Shown here piece by piece: positions 29,513 to 38,232 of a stretch of DNA of 55,438 nt. Below the pieces are notes generated by a model. The model saw only the letters and a program-made list of their open reading frames with translations, was not told the origin of the DNA and did no database searches. The stretch spans positions 1 to 55,438 of the forward strand of contig DATCJO010000210.1 in assembly GCA_036562765.1 (NCBI GenBank), given 5' to 3'. Source of the DNA: Tissierellaceae bacterium. GTDB taxonomy: Bacteria; Bacillota; Clostridia; Tissierellales; Tissierellaceae. The stretch's first letter is position 1. Every line of letters starts with the position of its first letter. Both the position numbers and the translations under genes were made by a program.

Positions 29513-30310
29513 ATGTCAAAGGCAATCCTATCGTTGGGACTAACAACTATTGTAGGATTAACTATGGTATTGGGAAGCCTACTTACTTATTTAATTAAAA
29601 AGGAAAATAGGGAATTTTTATCCTTGTCTTTGAGTTTTTCCGCAGGGATTATGATATATACAGCATTTATGGCAATACTTCCAGAAGGTATTCACCTTTT
29701 GGAAGATAACTTGGGAGAACATGGTTATTATATAGCATTAGCTGCTTTTTTTGGAGGAATGTTTTTAACTTCACTGATTGAGAAGGCAGTCCATAAGCTT
29801 GGAGGCCATTCTCATGGCATTGAAGCTGAAGAACATAGTGAGCATAATCATCATACAAATAATCTGGGGATTATGTCTGCCATAGCAGTTGCTATTCATA
29901 ATTTACCAGAAGGACTTGCAGTGTATACAACAGGGCTTAAGGATTTATCCTTAGCTATTCCAATAGCCATAGGAGTTATACTGCATAATATTCCATTAAG
30001 TGTAGCAATTACAATGCCTATGTTTTACGCAACAGGTTCCAGAAAGAGGGGCCTTATATATTCTTTAATTGTTGGCCTATGTCAGCCTCTTGGTGCAGTT
30101 GTCGGATATCTTTTCCTATCAAATTATCTTAATGATACAGTACATGGAATTCTCTTTTCAATAGTAGCAGGGATAATGATATTTATTTCATTAGATGAGC
30201 ATATCCCTACATCTAAAAAAGATGACAACCACCATCTAGGCATTTATGTTACCATATTGGGAATGATAGTCATGGCACTGGCCTTGAATTTTATACATCA
30301 TCACCATTAG
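29513..30310 (+). CDS. zupT: ZIP-family zinc/iron permease (ZupT-like).
   Basis: It has the HNLPEGLAV and HNIPLS ZIP signatures, a His-rich loop (HSHGIEAEEHSEHNHH) and a C-terminal HHHH. Confidence 0.85.
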   Translation: MSKAILSLGLTTIVGLTMVLGSLLTYLIKKENREFLSLSLSFSAGIMIYTAFMAILPEGIHLLEDNLGEHGYYIALAAFFGGMFLTSLIEKAVHKLGGHSHGIEAEEHSEHNHHTNNLGIMSAIAVAIHNLPEGLAVYTTGLKDLSLAIPIAIGVILHNIPLSVAITMPMFYATGSRKRGLIYSLIVGLCQPLGAVVGYLFLSNYLNDTVHGILFSIVAGIMIFISLDEHIPTSKKDDNHHLGIYVTILGMIVMALALNFIHHHH

Positions 30311-30332
30311 TTCTGTATACACCTCCTATTTT

Positions 30333-30602
30333 TTGTCAATAATACAAAAAATAGGAGGTGTTCTTATGTTTGATTTTAAAGAAAGAAATGATGAAATAGA
30401 GGAAATCCTTGAAAGTTTAGAACATGCCCACAATGAATGGAAGAAAAAGGAAAAGTTCTTTCAAGAAGTAACTGATCCAGATTTGATAGATGTGGCCATA
30501 TATGAACTTGAAGCATCAAAGATAAAATATATCTATCTATTAAAAAAATTAAGGGAAGCGATGGGAATAAAAAAGGCAATGGCAGACAACGAAGCTAAAT
30601 AA
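30333..30602 (+). CDS. yaaL: YaaL/DUF2508 family protein.
   Basis: 89 aa. The FFQEVTDPDLIDVAIYELEASKIKYIYLLKKLRE block resembles B. subtilis YaaL, and the gene sits directly upstream of bofA as in Bacillus. Confidence 0.6.
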   Translation: MSIIQKIGGVLMFDFKERNDEIEEILESLEHAHNEWKKKEKFFQEVTDPDLIDVAIYELEASKIKYIYLLKKLREAMGIKKAMADNEAK

Positions 30603-30670
30603 TAAGTAATATTTTCCTATTGCCTCCTATATTATAATATAAGATATAGATAGGATATAGGAGGGATACA

Positions 30671-30931
30671 ATGGGACTTAATACAATTTTTTATTATGCT
30701 GCTGGCCTGATTATGTTATATATATTGGGGCTTATTCTTGTTTGGCCTATAAAGAAAATAATGAAATTGATATTTAATGGAATTTTAGGTGGAATTACAT
30801 TGTTGATATTTAATTTCATTGGAAAATTTTTTGGACTGAGTTTGGCAATAAATCCTATAAATGCCTTGATAGTAGGGTTTTTAGGAGTACCTGGTGTTAT
30901 ACTGCTTTTGATTTTGCAAGTTCTTTTGTAG
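30671..30931 (+). CDS. bofA: Pro-sigma-K processing inhibitor BofA.
   Basis: 86 aa with two TM segments. The C-terminal LIVGFLGVPGVILLL motif is present and the gene follows yaaL. Confidence 0.75.
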   Translation: MGLNTIFYYAAGLIMLYILGLILVWPIKKIMKLIFNGILGGITLLIFNFIGKFFGLSLAINPINALIVGFLGVPGVILLLILQVLL

Positions 30932-31012
30932 GACATGGTATGGTTTACAGAAACTGGTAACTTGTGCTATACTTAAATTATGTAAACAAAAAACCAAGGA
31001 GGGGGTATATAA

Positions 31013-31645
31013 ATGACAGCACCTAAGTTGCAAGTAGAGAGAAGAGAAGAAACAGGAAAAAATGCAGCTAGGCGATTGAGAAGGGAAAATATGATTCCTG
31101 CTGTTATTTATGGGAAGGGAGAAGATAACATAAATGTAAAAGTGGATTCATCAGAGTTTTTGAAAATAAATAGAGGTACAGGGACTTCAGCACTAATTGA
31201 TTTAGAATTAGAAGGGAAAACAATACCTGTTGTAGTAAAAGAAGTACAAAAGCATCATCTAAAGGACCAAGTTGTCCATATTGATTTTCAAAGATTAAAT
31301 ATGAATGAAGAAGTAAGGTTGACTATACCTATAGTATTGTTAAATAGAGATAATATAAGGCTTCAACCTTCAGTATTAGTTCAATTGTTAGATGAAATCG
31401 AAATCGAATGCTTACCAGCTCATATACCACCTGCTGCACAGGTAGATGTTCAATATATGGACTTCTCAACTCCAATAACTGTTAAGGACTTGGATATAGC
31501 TAAAAACGAAAACATAACCATATTAAGGGATTTAGATGATATTGTATGTACCTTAACGCCACCATCTGCTCCAAGCGATGAGGAAGAAGAAGAGGAAACT
31601 GGCATACCAGAAGCTACTGAAGCAAGTGAAAATAGGATGGAATAA
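31013..31645 (+). CDS. rplY: 50S ribosomal protein L25 / general stress protein Ctc.
   Basis: RENMIPAVIYGKG.. is the L25 N-terminal signature. Length is 210 aa with an acidic tail. Confidence 0.9.
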   Translation: MTAPKLQVERREETGKNAARRLRRENMIPAVIYGKGEDNINVKVDSSEFLKINRGTGTSALIDLELEGKTIPVVVKEVQKHHLKDQVVHIDFQRLNMNEEVRLTIPIVLLNRDNIRLQPSVLVQLLDEIEIECLPAHIPPAAQVDVQYMDFSTPITVKDLDIAKNENITILRDLDDIVCTLTPPSAPSDEEEEEETGIPEATEASENRME

Positions 31646-31770
31646 TTGAGCTACAAAACCTATATAGAGTTTTCTATATAGGTTTTTTGCATATTAGGGT
31701 AAAATTATTAGTGAATAGTTAATAGTGAATAGTTATTCACTATTCACTAAATAAGTGAGGTGTTGTTTTT

Positions 31771-33180
31771 ATGGGTAAAGTTTTAGGTGCAGTAATTTCC
31801 CCCCATCCTCCTATAATCGTTTCAGAAATTGGGAGGGGAGAAGAAGTAAAGGCCCAAAATACCATTGATGGGGTTAAGGCTGTAAGCAGTTACATAAAAG
31901 AAAAGTCCCCAACTACTATTATAGTCATTACTCCCCATGGGCCCCTATTTAGCGATGCCATAAGTATATCAGCGGAAAGAAATCTATATGGGGATTTTGG
32001 AAATTTCTGGCATAAAGAAGTAAAGCTTGAGTTTGAAAATAATCTTGAACTTATGAAGAAAATTATCAACAATAGTCTAAAAGAAGGTATAAGGATAGTA
32101 GCAATAGACAATTCAACAGCTAGAAGGTATAGGGTTGAGAATAAATTAGACCATGGCACAATGGTTCCCCTATATTTTGTGGATAAAGTCTATAAAAACT
32201 TTAAACTTATCCACATAACTTATGGTTTGTTGTCTCCACAGGAACTTTATAAATTCGGAAGGTGTATAAAAGAAGCAGTATTAGATTCTGACGATGATGT
32301 AATTTTGCTTGCAAGTGGAGACTTGTCTCACAGGCTGTCTCATGATGGTCCATATCCATATTCGCCTTATGGAAGAGTCTATGATGAAAAAATAGTTGAT
32401 GTCATTAGAAAAGGGAATATGGAAGATATAGTAACCTTTGATTTAGAACTGGCAGAAAGGGCAGGAGAATGCGGTTTAAGGTCATTTATGGTAATGGCAG
32501 GATTTTTAGATGGTTATAAAGTAGAATCAGAAGTATTTTCCTATGAAGGGCCCTTTGGAGTAGGATACTGTACAGCCAAGTTGGATATTAAAGGGGAGGA
32601 TTCAGATAAAGATATGTTGAAAATCCTAAAGGAAAGGGAAAGAATGAAAATAGAAGAGTTGAGAAAAAATGAAAGCCCCTATGTAAGGCTTGCAAGGATG
32701 AGCCTAGAACATTATATAAAAACAGGGAAATATATAGATGTTCCCCCTGACACTCCTGAAGAACTTCTAAAGGCTAGGAGAGGTGTTTTTGTGTCTTTAA
32801 AGAAAAATGGCATGTTGAGAGGATGTATAGGAACCATTGAACCTGTAACAGAAAATGTTGCCCATGAAATCATTAGAAATGCAGTTGCTGCAGGTACTGA
32901 GGACCCTAGATTTGATGAGGTTACTGAGGATGAATTGGATTCAATAGTATATTCTGTTGATGTATTGTATGAACCTGAAAAGGTCAATTCAAAGGATGAA
33001 TTAGATGTGGAGAAATATGGAGTCATTGTTTCATGCGGATTTAGAAGGGGTTTGCTTCTTCCTAATTTAGAGGGTGTAGATACAGTGGATGAGCAAATAA
33101 GCATAGCATTAAGGAAAGCCAATATAAGTCCTTATGAAGACTATACCATTGAGAGATTTAGGGTTGACAGATATTATTAA
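31771..33180 (+). CDS. Fusion protein with an N-terminal class-III extradiol dioxygenase/MEMO1-like (LigB superfamily) domain and a C-terminal AMMECR1 domain.
   Basis: The N-terminus reads VISPHPPIIVSEIG. The C-terminal AMMECR1 core is RGVFVSLKKNGMLRGCIGT. A radical-SAM partner is encoded immediately downstream. Confidence 0.7.
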   Translation: MGKVLGAVISPHPPIIVSEIGRGEEVKAQNTIDGVKAVSSYIKEKSPTTIIVITPHGPLFSDAISISAERNLYGDFGNFWHKEVKLEFENNLELMKKIINNSLKEGIRIVAIDNSTARRYRVENKLDHGTMVPLYFVDKVYKNFKLIHITYGLLSPQELYKFGRCIKEAVLDSDDDVILLASGDLSHRLSHDGPYPYSPYGRVYDEKIVDVIRKGNMEDIVTFDLELAERAGECGLRSFMVMAGFLDGYKVESEVFSYEGPFGVGYCTAKLDIKGEDSDKDMLKILKERERMKIEELRKNESPYVRLARMSLEHYIKTGKYIDVPPDTPEELLKARRGVFVSLKKNGMLRGCIGTIEPVTENVAHEIIRNAVAAGTEDPRFDEVTEDELDSIVYSVDVLYEPEKVNSKDELDVEKYGVIVSCGFRRGLLLPNLEGVDTVDEQISIALRKANISPYEDYTIERFRVDRYY

Positions 33181-33182
33181 AG

Positions 33183-34172
33183 GTGTTGGTAGATATGAAA
33201 GAAGCCATGTACTATAAAAAAGGAAATAACAAAGAGGTCTACTGCGTTCTTTGCCCTCACTACTGCAAGATAAAGGACGGAAATAAAGGAAGGTGTAGAG
33301 CTAGAAAGAACATAGATGGCACCCTCTATACTTTAAACTATGGCAAAGTCACCTCATACGCTTATGACCCAATAGAAAAGAAGCCATTATATCATTTTTA
33401 TCCAGGAAGCTATATTTTTTCCATAGGCAGTTTCGGATGCAATTTGGCCTGTGAGTTCTGCCAGAATTGGGAAATAGTCTATGAGCAGTCCTTAGTCATC
33501 GATGTATCAGATGAAGAAATCATTACCCTTGCCAAAAGCAATGATTCCATAGGTATAGCTTTTACTTACAACGAACCAAGCATATGGTATGAATATGTCC
33601 TTGATATTTCAAAGAAAACTAAGGAATTAGGATTAAAAAATGTTTTGGTTACCAATGGGTATATAAACCAAGAGCCCTTGGAAGAGATATTGCCCTATAT
33701 CGATGCCATGAATATTGACTTAAAATCCTTCAATGACTTTTATTATAGGCATTATTGCAAAGGGACTTTAGAGCCTGTATTAAGGACTATTGAGATTGCA
33801 GCAAAAAAAACCCATGTGGAAATAACGACTTTGTTGGCAGGTAGCGAAAATTCGTCTTCTGAGGAAATTGAGAATTTAGCCAAGAGAATAGCGGAGATAA
33901 ATAAATCCATTCCTCTTCATTTCAGCAGGTATTTTCCTGCATATAAGATGAAAATTCCTCCAACTAAATTGGAAATTTTAGTGGAGGCTCAAAAAATAGC
34001 AAGAAAATATCTTGATTATGTTTATATAGGCAATGTATGGGGGATAGACAATAATACCTATTGTCCAAAGTGCCATGAGAAATTGGTTGATAGGACATTG
34101 AGGAAGAAAGTCATGTCCGTAGAAAATGGAAAATGCAGCAAATGCCAGTACAAAATAAATTTAATATATTAA
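33183..34172 (+). CDS. AmmeMemoRadiSam-system radical SAM enzyme (PflA-like activase family).
   Basis: It has the CVLCPHYC..C N-terminal Cys cluster and the CNLACEFCQNW radical-SAM CxxxCxxC motif. The likely start is the ATG at 33195 behind an AAAGGTG RBS. Confidence 0.8.
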   Translation: MLVDMKEAMYYKKGNNKEVYCVLCPHYCKIKDGNKGRCRARKNIDGTLYTLNYGKVTSYAYDPIEKKPLYHFYPGSYIFSIGSFGCNLACEFCQNWEIVYEQSLVIDVSDEEIITLAKSNDSIGIAFTYNEPSIWYEYVLDISKKTKELGLKNVLVTNGYINQEPLEEILPYIDAMNIDLKSFNDFYYRHYCKGTLEPVLRTIEIAAKKTHVEITTLLAGSENSSSEEIENLAKRIAEINKSIPLHFSRYFPAYKMKIPPTKLEILVEAQKIARKYLDYVYIGNVWGIDNNTYCPKCHEKLVDRTLRKKVMSVENGKCSKCQYKINLIY

Positions 34173-34268
34173 TATTTGCCCCTTGCCAAGCACGAAATTT
34201 AATAAATGGAATAAAAATATAGTAACAGGGCAATAATTGTAATAGATGCTTGGGTGAGGGGTGTTTTT

Positions 34269-34460
34269 ATGTATTGTAAAGTATGCGGGAATGAAAGTAT
34301 AGCATTAAATATTCTAGGGCAAAATATATGTAAAAAATGTGTAGATGAAATTATAGAAACATTTCCATGGGATGAAAATTATGATTATTATAAGAACATG
34401 ATAAGGATAATGTTTGGGTACTACATATCTGAAAGACAAATATTAAACCCCGTAAATTAA
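34269..34460 (+). CDS. csfB: Sigma-G inhibitor Gin (CsfB)-like zinc-binding protein.
   Basis: It has CKVCG..(20)..CKKC then DENYDYYKNMIR, matching the Gin pattern CxxC-N-CxxC...D..Y..Y. Its position upstream of the decarboxylase and tmk matches the B. subtilis csfB-yaaO-tmk order. Confidence 0.5.
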   Translation: MYCKVCGNESIALNILGQNICKKCVDEIIETFPWDENYDYYKNMIRIMFGYYISERQILNPVN

Positions 34461-34539
34461 TATGGGGTTTTTTCAATTTTTAGGTTTATATATTTTTGAA
34501 AGTGATATATAATATGTAAGAAATTTAAATTTAGGAGGA

Positions 34540-35964
34540 ATGTATGGGATGAGAACCCCTGTTTTTGATGCACTAAAGAAGTTGAAGGAAGAAAACAGCG
34601 TATTCTTTCACATGCCAGGCCACAAAGGGAAAAATACATTGGTAAACTGGGGAGAATATATACCAGCAATTGATACAACTGAAACAATAGGTATGGATAA
34701 TCTTCTTGACCCTAGGGGTATTATTAATGAAAGCGAAGAATTAGCTGCCAAGGTTTTTGGTGCTAAATATACCCTATATGGGGTAAATGGTTCAACAGGA
34801 AGTATATATATTGCATTGGCAGCTATAACAAAGCCAGGAGATAAAATCTTAGTTCAAAGGAATTGCCATAAAGCAGTATATAATGCCATGATTTTAAATA
34901 GATTGAATCCAGTTTATGTTTATCCCAACTATAACCAAAAATACCATATAATGACAGGTATTGACCCTAATGATGTAGATGAGGCTTTGTCAAAGGACAA
35001 GGACATAAAAGCAGTAGTTATAACTTATCCAAATTACTATGGAGTATGTAGCAACTTGGATGCAATAGCAAAAATAGTGCACAAACATAATCGAATATTA
35101 ATGGTAGATGAAGCCCATGGGCCGCACATGACATTTTCAAAGAGGCTGCCTAAATCAGCATTAGAATGTGGTGCAGATATAGTAATACAGAGTACCCACA
35201 AGACTTTGCCTTCTTTTACTCAAACATCCATGATTCATGTGGGCAGTGACAGGGTAGATATAAATAAACTTAGAGACAGGTTCCAGCTATTTACTACAAC
35301 ATCACCTTCATATCTGTTTACTGCTTCCAATGAAATAGCGACAGCCTATATGGATACTGATGAAGCAAAGATGAGGCTTGAATGGAATATAGATAAATGT
35401 GAAGAAACCATAAAAAGGTTAAATCAAATCGACAGGGTATTTGTATTTACAGGAGATGAAGAAGATAAAACAATATATGCTAAGGACAATACGAAGATAT
35501 TGTTTAGAATAGATGGCATAAAAGCTACCCAGGTTAAAAAGGATTTATATACTAAACACAATATTAGAATAGAAATGACTGACTATTATTATGCTTTGGC
35601 CTTGACATCCCTAATGAATGAAGAAAGGGACTATGAAAGGTTGATTACAGCAGTAGAAGATTTAGCAAAGAATAGCCCTTATGAAGAAATAGTCCCAATG
35701 AAGGTAGAAATAACTATGCCAAAGATTATAATGCCAATATATGAAGCATATCATAGTAATAAAAAGCAAATAGATTTAAAGGATAGTATTGGCAGAATAT
35801 CTGCTACTTCAATAATTCCTTATCCACCAGGAGTACCATTGGTAGTACCAGGTGAAGAAATAACAGAAGAAGTATATGACCAAATAGTATCTCTTATGGA
35901 AAACAATATAGAAATAGTCGGTTTAATGGGATATAATAAAGATAGATTAGTCGTAGTAGAATAG
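34540..35964 (+). CDS. Orn/Lys/Arg decarboxylase family-1 PLP enzyme (YaaO-like).
   Basis: 474 aa. IQSTHKTLPSF contains the PLP lysine (S-x-H-K). Confidence 0.85.
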   Translation: MYGMRTPVFDALKKLKEENSVFFHMPGHKGKNTLVNWGEYIPAIDTTETIGMDNLLDPRGIINESEELAAKVFGAKYTLYGVNGSTGSIYIALAAITKPGDKILVQRNCHKAVYNAMILNRLNPVYVYPNYNQKYHIMTGIDPNDVDEALSKDKDIKAVVITYPNYYGVCSNLDAIAKIVHKHNRILMVDEAHGPHMTFSKRLPKSALECGADIVIQSTHKTLPSFTQTSMIHVGSDRVDINKLRDRFQLFTTTSPSYLFTASNEIATAYMDTDEAKMRLEWNIDKCEETIKRLNQIDRVFVFTGDEEDKTIYAKDNTKILFRIDGIKATQVKKDLYTKHNIRIEMTDYYYALALTSLMNEERDYERLITAVEDLAKNSPYEEIVPMKVEITMPKIIMPIYEAYHSNKKQIDLKDSIGRISATSIIPYPPGVPLVVPGEEITEEVYDQIVSLMENNIEIVGLMGYNKDRLVVVE

Positions 35965-35979
35965 GAAAGGAAGGCTATT

Positions 35980-36609
35980 GTGAAGGGAAAATTCATAGCA
36001 TTAGAAGGACCTGATGGCTCTGGAAAATCTACTATATTGAAATTAATCGAGAATTATCTATCTCATAAAGGTATAGATTTTATTACTACTAGAGAGCCAG
36101 GCGGAACTGATATTGGCGAGAAAATCCGTAAAATAATTTTAGATAATAAAAACACAAACATGGCAGAAGAAACAGAAGCACTGCTATTAGCAGCTGCCAG
36201 GGCCCAACATGTGCATGAAAAGATAATACCAGCTTTAGAAGAAGGAAAATTAGTAATCTGTGATAGGTTCGTCTTATCAAGCCTTGCATATCAAGGCGTT
36301 GGAAGAGGTTTGGGCATTGAAGAAGTTAAATCTATCAATGACTTTGCCATAAGGGGAATCTATCCAGATTTAATCCTATTTTTCTATGTTGATCCAGAAA
36401 TAACTTTAAAGAGGAAAATAGTGAAGAAAAACGCTGATAGGCTTGAATTGGAAGGAAGCTTATTTCACAAAAAAGTTTATGAAGGATATATGAAGCTTAT
36501 TAAAATCTATCCAAAGAACATCAAGATAATAGACGCCAACAAACCAATTGAAGAAGTCTTCAAGCAAAGCATCGAAGAAATAGAGAACCTTTTGGGTAAA
36601 GGGGAGTGA
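35980..36609 (+). CDS. tmk: Thymidylate kinase.
   Basis: The P-loop is LEGPDGSGKST, followed by the DRF and LID motifs. Length is 209 aa. Confidence 0.9.
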   Translation: MKGKFIALEGPDGSGKSTILKLIENYLSHKGIDFITTREPGGTDIGEKIRKIILDNKNTNMAEETEALLLAAARAQHVHEKIIPALEEGKLVICDRFVLSSLAYQGVGRGLGIEEVKSINDFAIRGIYPDLILFFYVDPEITLKRKIVKKNADRLELEGSLFHKKVYEGYMKLIKIYPKNIKIIDANKPIEEVFKQSIEEIENLLGKGE

Positions 36610-36613
36610 TTTT

Positions 36614-36940
36614 GTGAAATTAATTATCTGTATAGTACAGGACCAAGATGCTGGAGCATTAATAGATGATTTAACTCAACATCAATTTAGGGTAACTAAA
36701 TTGTCTTCTACAGGAGGGTTCTTAAAATCAGGGAATACCACTTTGCTAGTTGGTGTTGAAGAAAAAGAAGTTGATTCTGTTTTGAGAATTATAGAAGAAA
36801 ACTGTAAGACTAGGGAAATTACAACATCCTTAATGACAATGAATATGCCAGGAGATACCTATATGCCATTCCCACTAGAAATTAGAGTAGGCGGTGCTAC
36901 AGTGTTCGTGTTGGATGTAGAAAAGCATATTAAGGTATAG
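36614..36940 (+). CDS. darA: P-II-like c-di-AMP receptor DarA (YaaQ/DUF970).
   Basis: 108 aa. MKLIICIVQDQD..FRVTKLSSTGGFLKSGNTTLLVGVEE..VGGATVFVL is close to B. subtilis DarA along the full length. It has a GTG start with a GGGGAG RBS. Confidence 0.8.
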   Translation: MKLIICIVQDQDAGALIDDLTQHQFRVTKLSSTGGFLKSGNTTLLVGVEEKEVDSVLRIIEENCKTREITTSLMTMNMPGDTYMPFPLEIRVGGATVFVLDVEKHIKV

Positions 36941-36951
36941 GAGGGAATGAT

Positions 36952-37236
36952 TTGAAACTCATAATTGCCATTATTCAGGATGATTATATAAATATGGTAA
37001 TAAAAGCATTAATGAATAATAAAATAAGGGCTACAAAACTTGCTTCAACTGGTGGATTTTTAAAGTCAGGGAATACTACACTGCTTATAGGTGTAAATAA
37101 CGACGAAGTAGACAAAGTAGTTGAATTGATTAGTGAACAATGTAAAAGCAAGAATGTCAAGTCTGGAAAAGGTGAAGTAACAGTTGGAGGAGCAAACTTA
37201 TTCATCATAGACATTGATAGGCATATAAAACTTTAA
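36952..37236 (+). CDS. Second DarA-like (DUF970) paralogue with a shorter C-terminus.
   Basis: 94 aa. MKLIIAIIQDD..IRATKLASTGGFLKSGNTTLLIGV. It has a TTG start 6 nt after an AGGAGGG RBS. It occupies the slot that yaaR holds in B. subtilis. Confidence 0.7.
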   Translation: MKLIIAIIQDDYINMVIKALMNNKIRATKLASTGGFLKSGNTTLLIGVNNDEVDKVVELISEQCKSKNVKSGKGEVTVGGANLFIIDIDRHIKL

Positions 37237-37250
37237 ATTGAGGGTGTCAA

Positions 37251-38219
37251 ATGGATTTCAAAGAAATAATAGGTCATGAAAAACAGATTGAATCCTTAAA
37301 AAATTCCATAAGAAGAGGAACTGTAAGCCATAGTTATCTTTTTGAAGGTGAAGAGGGATTAGGGAAGAAGCTTGTTGCGCATGCTTTTTCTAAAGCGCTG
37401 TTGTGTGAAAGTGGACAAGATGAGCCATGTAATGTTTGTAATTCCTGTATTAAATTTGACAGCTTCAATCATCCTGATTTCAAAGTTATTTCTCCAACAA
37501 ATGATGTGATTCCTATAAAAGAAATCGTTGATTTAGTAAAAGATACATCTGTCATGCCTTTTGAAAGCAAGAGAAAAGTCTATATTATAGATGACTGCCA
37601 TACCATGAGGCTGGAAAGTCAAAACGCCCTTTTAAAAACCCTAGAGGAACCACCGGAATATATAACCATAATTTTAATTACTTCTCAAAAGGATAAAATA
37701 ATTCCAACTATTCTATCGAGATGTCAAATAATTAAGTTTCATTCCCTAGATAGCTCAAAAATAGTAAATATTTTGGTTGAGAAATATAATTTGGAAGTTA
37801 ACAGAGCCAGATTTATTGCAAACTTTTCAAAAGGCTCATTAAAAAAATCACTTGAACTAGCTATTTCTAGTGATTTTTTTAATATGAGAGAAAAAGTTAT
37901 AAGCATCATTGACAGCTTACTTAAGGGAGAAAAGATAAAAGCTATTACTTCTATGGATTTCTTCAATGAAAATAAGGAACATGCAGAAGAAATATTGGAC
38001 ATTATGATTTATTGGTTTAGGGACTTGCTTATCCTTAAAGAAACAGGGGACATTGACTTATTAATAAATAAGGATATGGTTGAAAAATTATCCAGCCAAA
38101 CTTTTATAGATTTAAGGAAAATAAATGATATAATATATAGAATAGACGAAACAAAAACAAACTTAAAAAGGAATGTCAATTATAACTTGCTTATAGAAAC
38201 AATGCTTCTCAGTATATAG
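37251..38219 (+). CDS. holB: DNA polymerase III delta-prime subunit.
   Basis: AAA+ fold with a degenerate P-loop GEEGLGKK, a zinc module CESGQDEPCNVCNSC and the SRC sensor motif. Confidence 0.85.
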   Translation: MDFKEIIGHEKQIESLKNSIRRGTVSHSYLFEGEEGLGKKLVAHAFSKALLCESGQDEPCNVCNSCIKFDSFNHPDFKVISPTNDVIPIKEIVDLVKDTSVMPFESKRKVYIIDDCHTMRLESQNALLKTLEEPPEYITIILITSQKDKIIPTILSRCQIIKFHSLDSSKIVNILVEKYNLEVNRARFIANFSKGSLKKSLELAISSDFFNMREKVISIIDSLLKGEKIKAITSMDFFNENKEHAEEILDIMIYWFRDLLILKETGDIDLLINKDMVEKLSSQTFIDLRKINDIIYRIDETKTNLKRNVNYNLLIETMLLSI

Positions 38220-38232
38220 GAGGAATTATTTA

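Noticed and set aside
31710-31748. TGAATA within AGTGAATAGT could be a sigma-G/F -35 element.
   Set aside because: There is no CATnnTA-type -10 element at the required 17-18 bp spacing in any copy.
37251-38219. holB could be a disrupted ATPase, because its P-loop reads GEEGLGKK.
   Set aside because: Delta-prime subunits characteristically carry degenerate Walker A motifs. The zinc module and SRC motif are intact.
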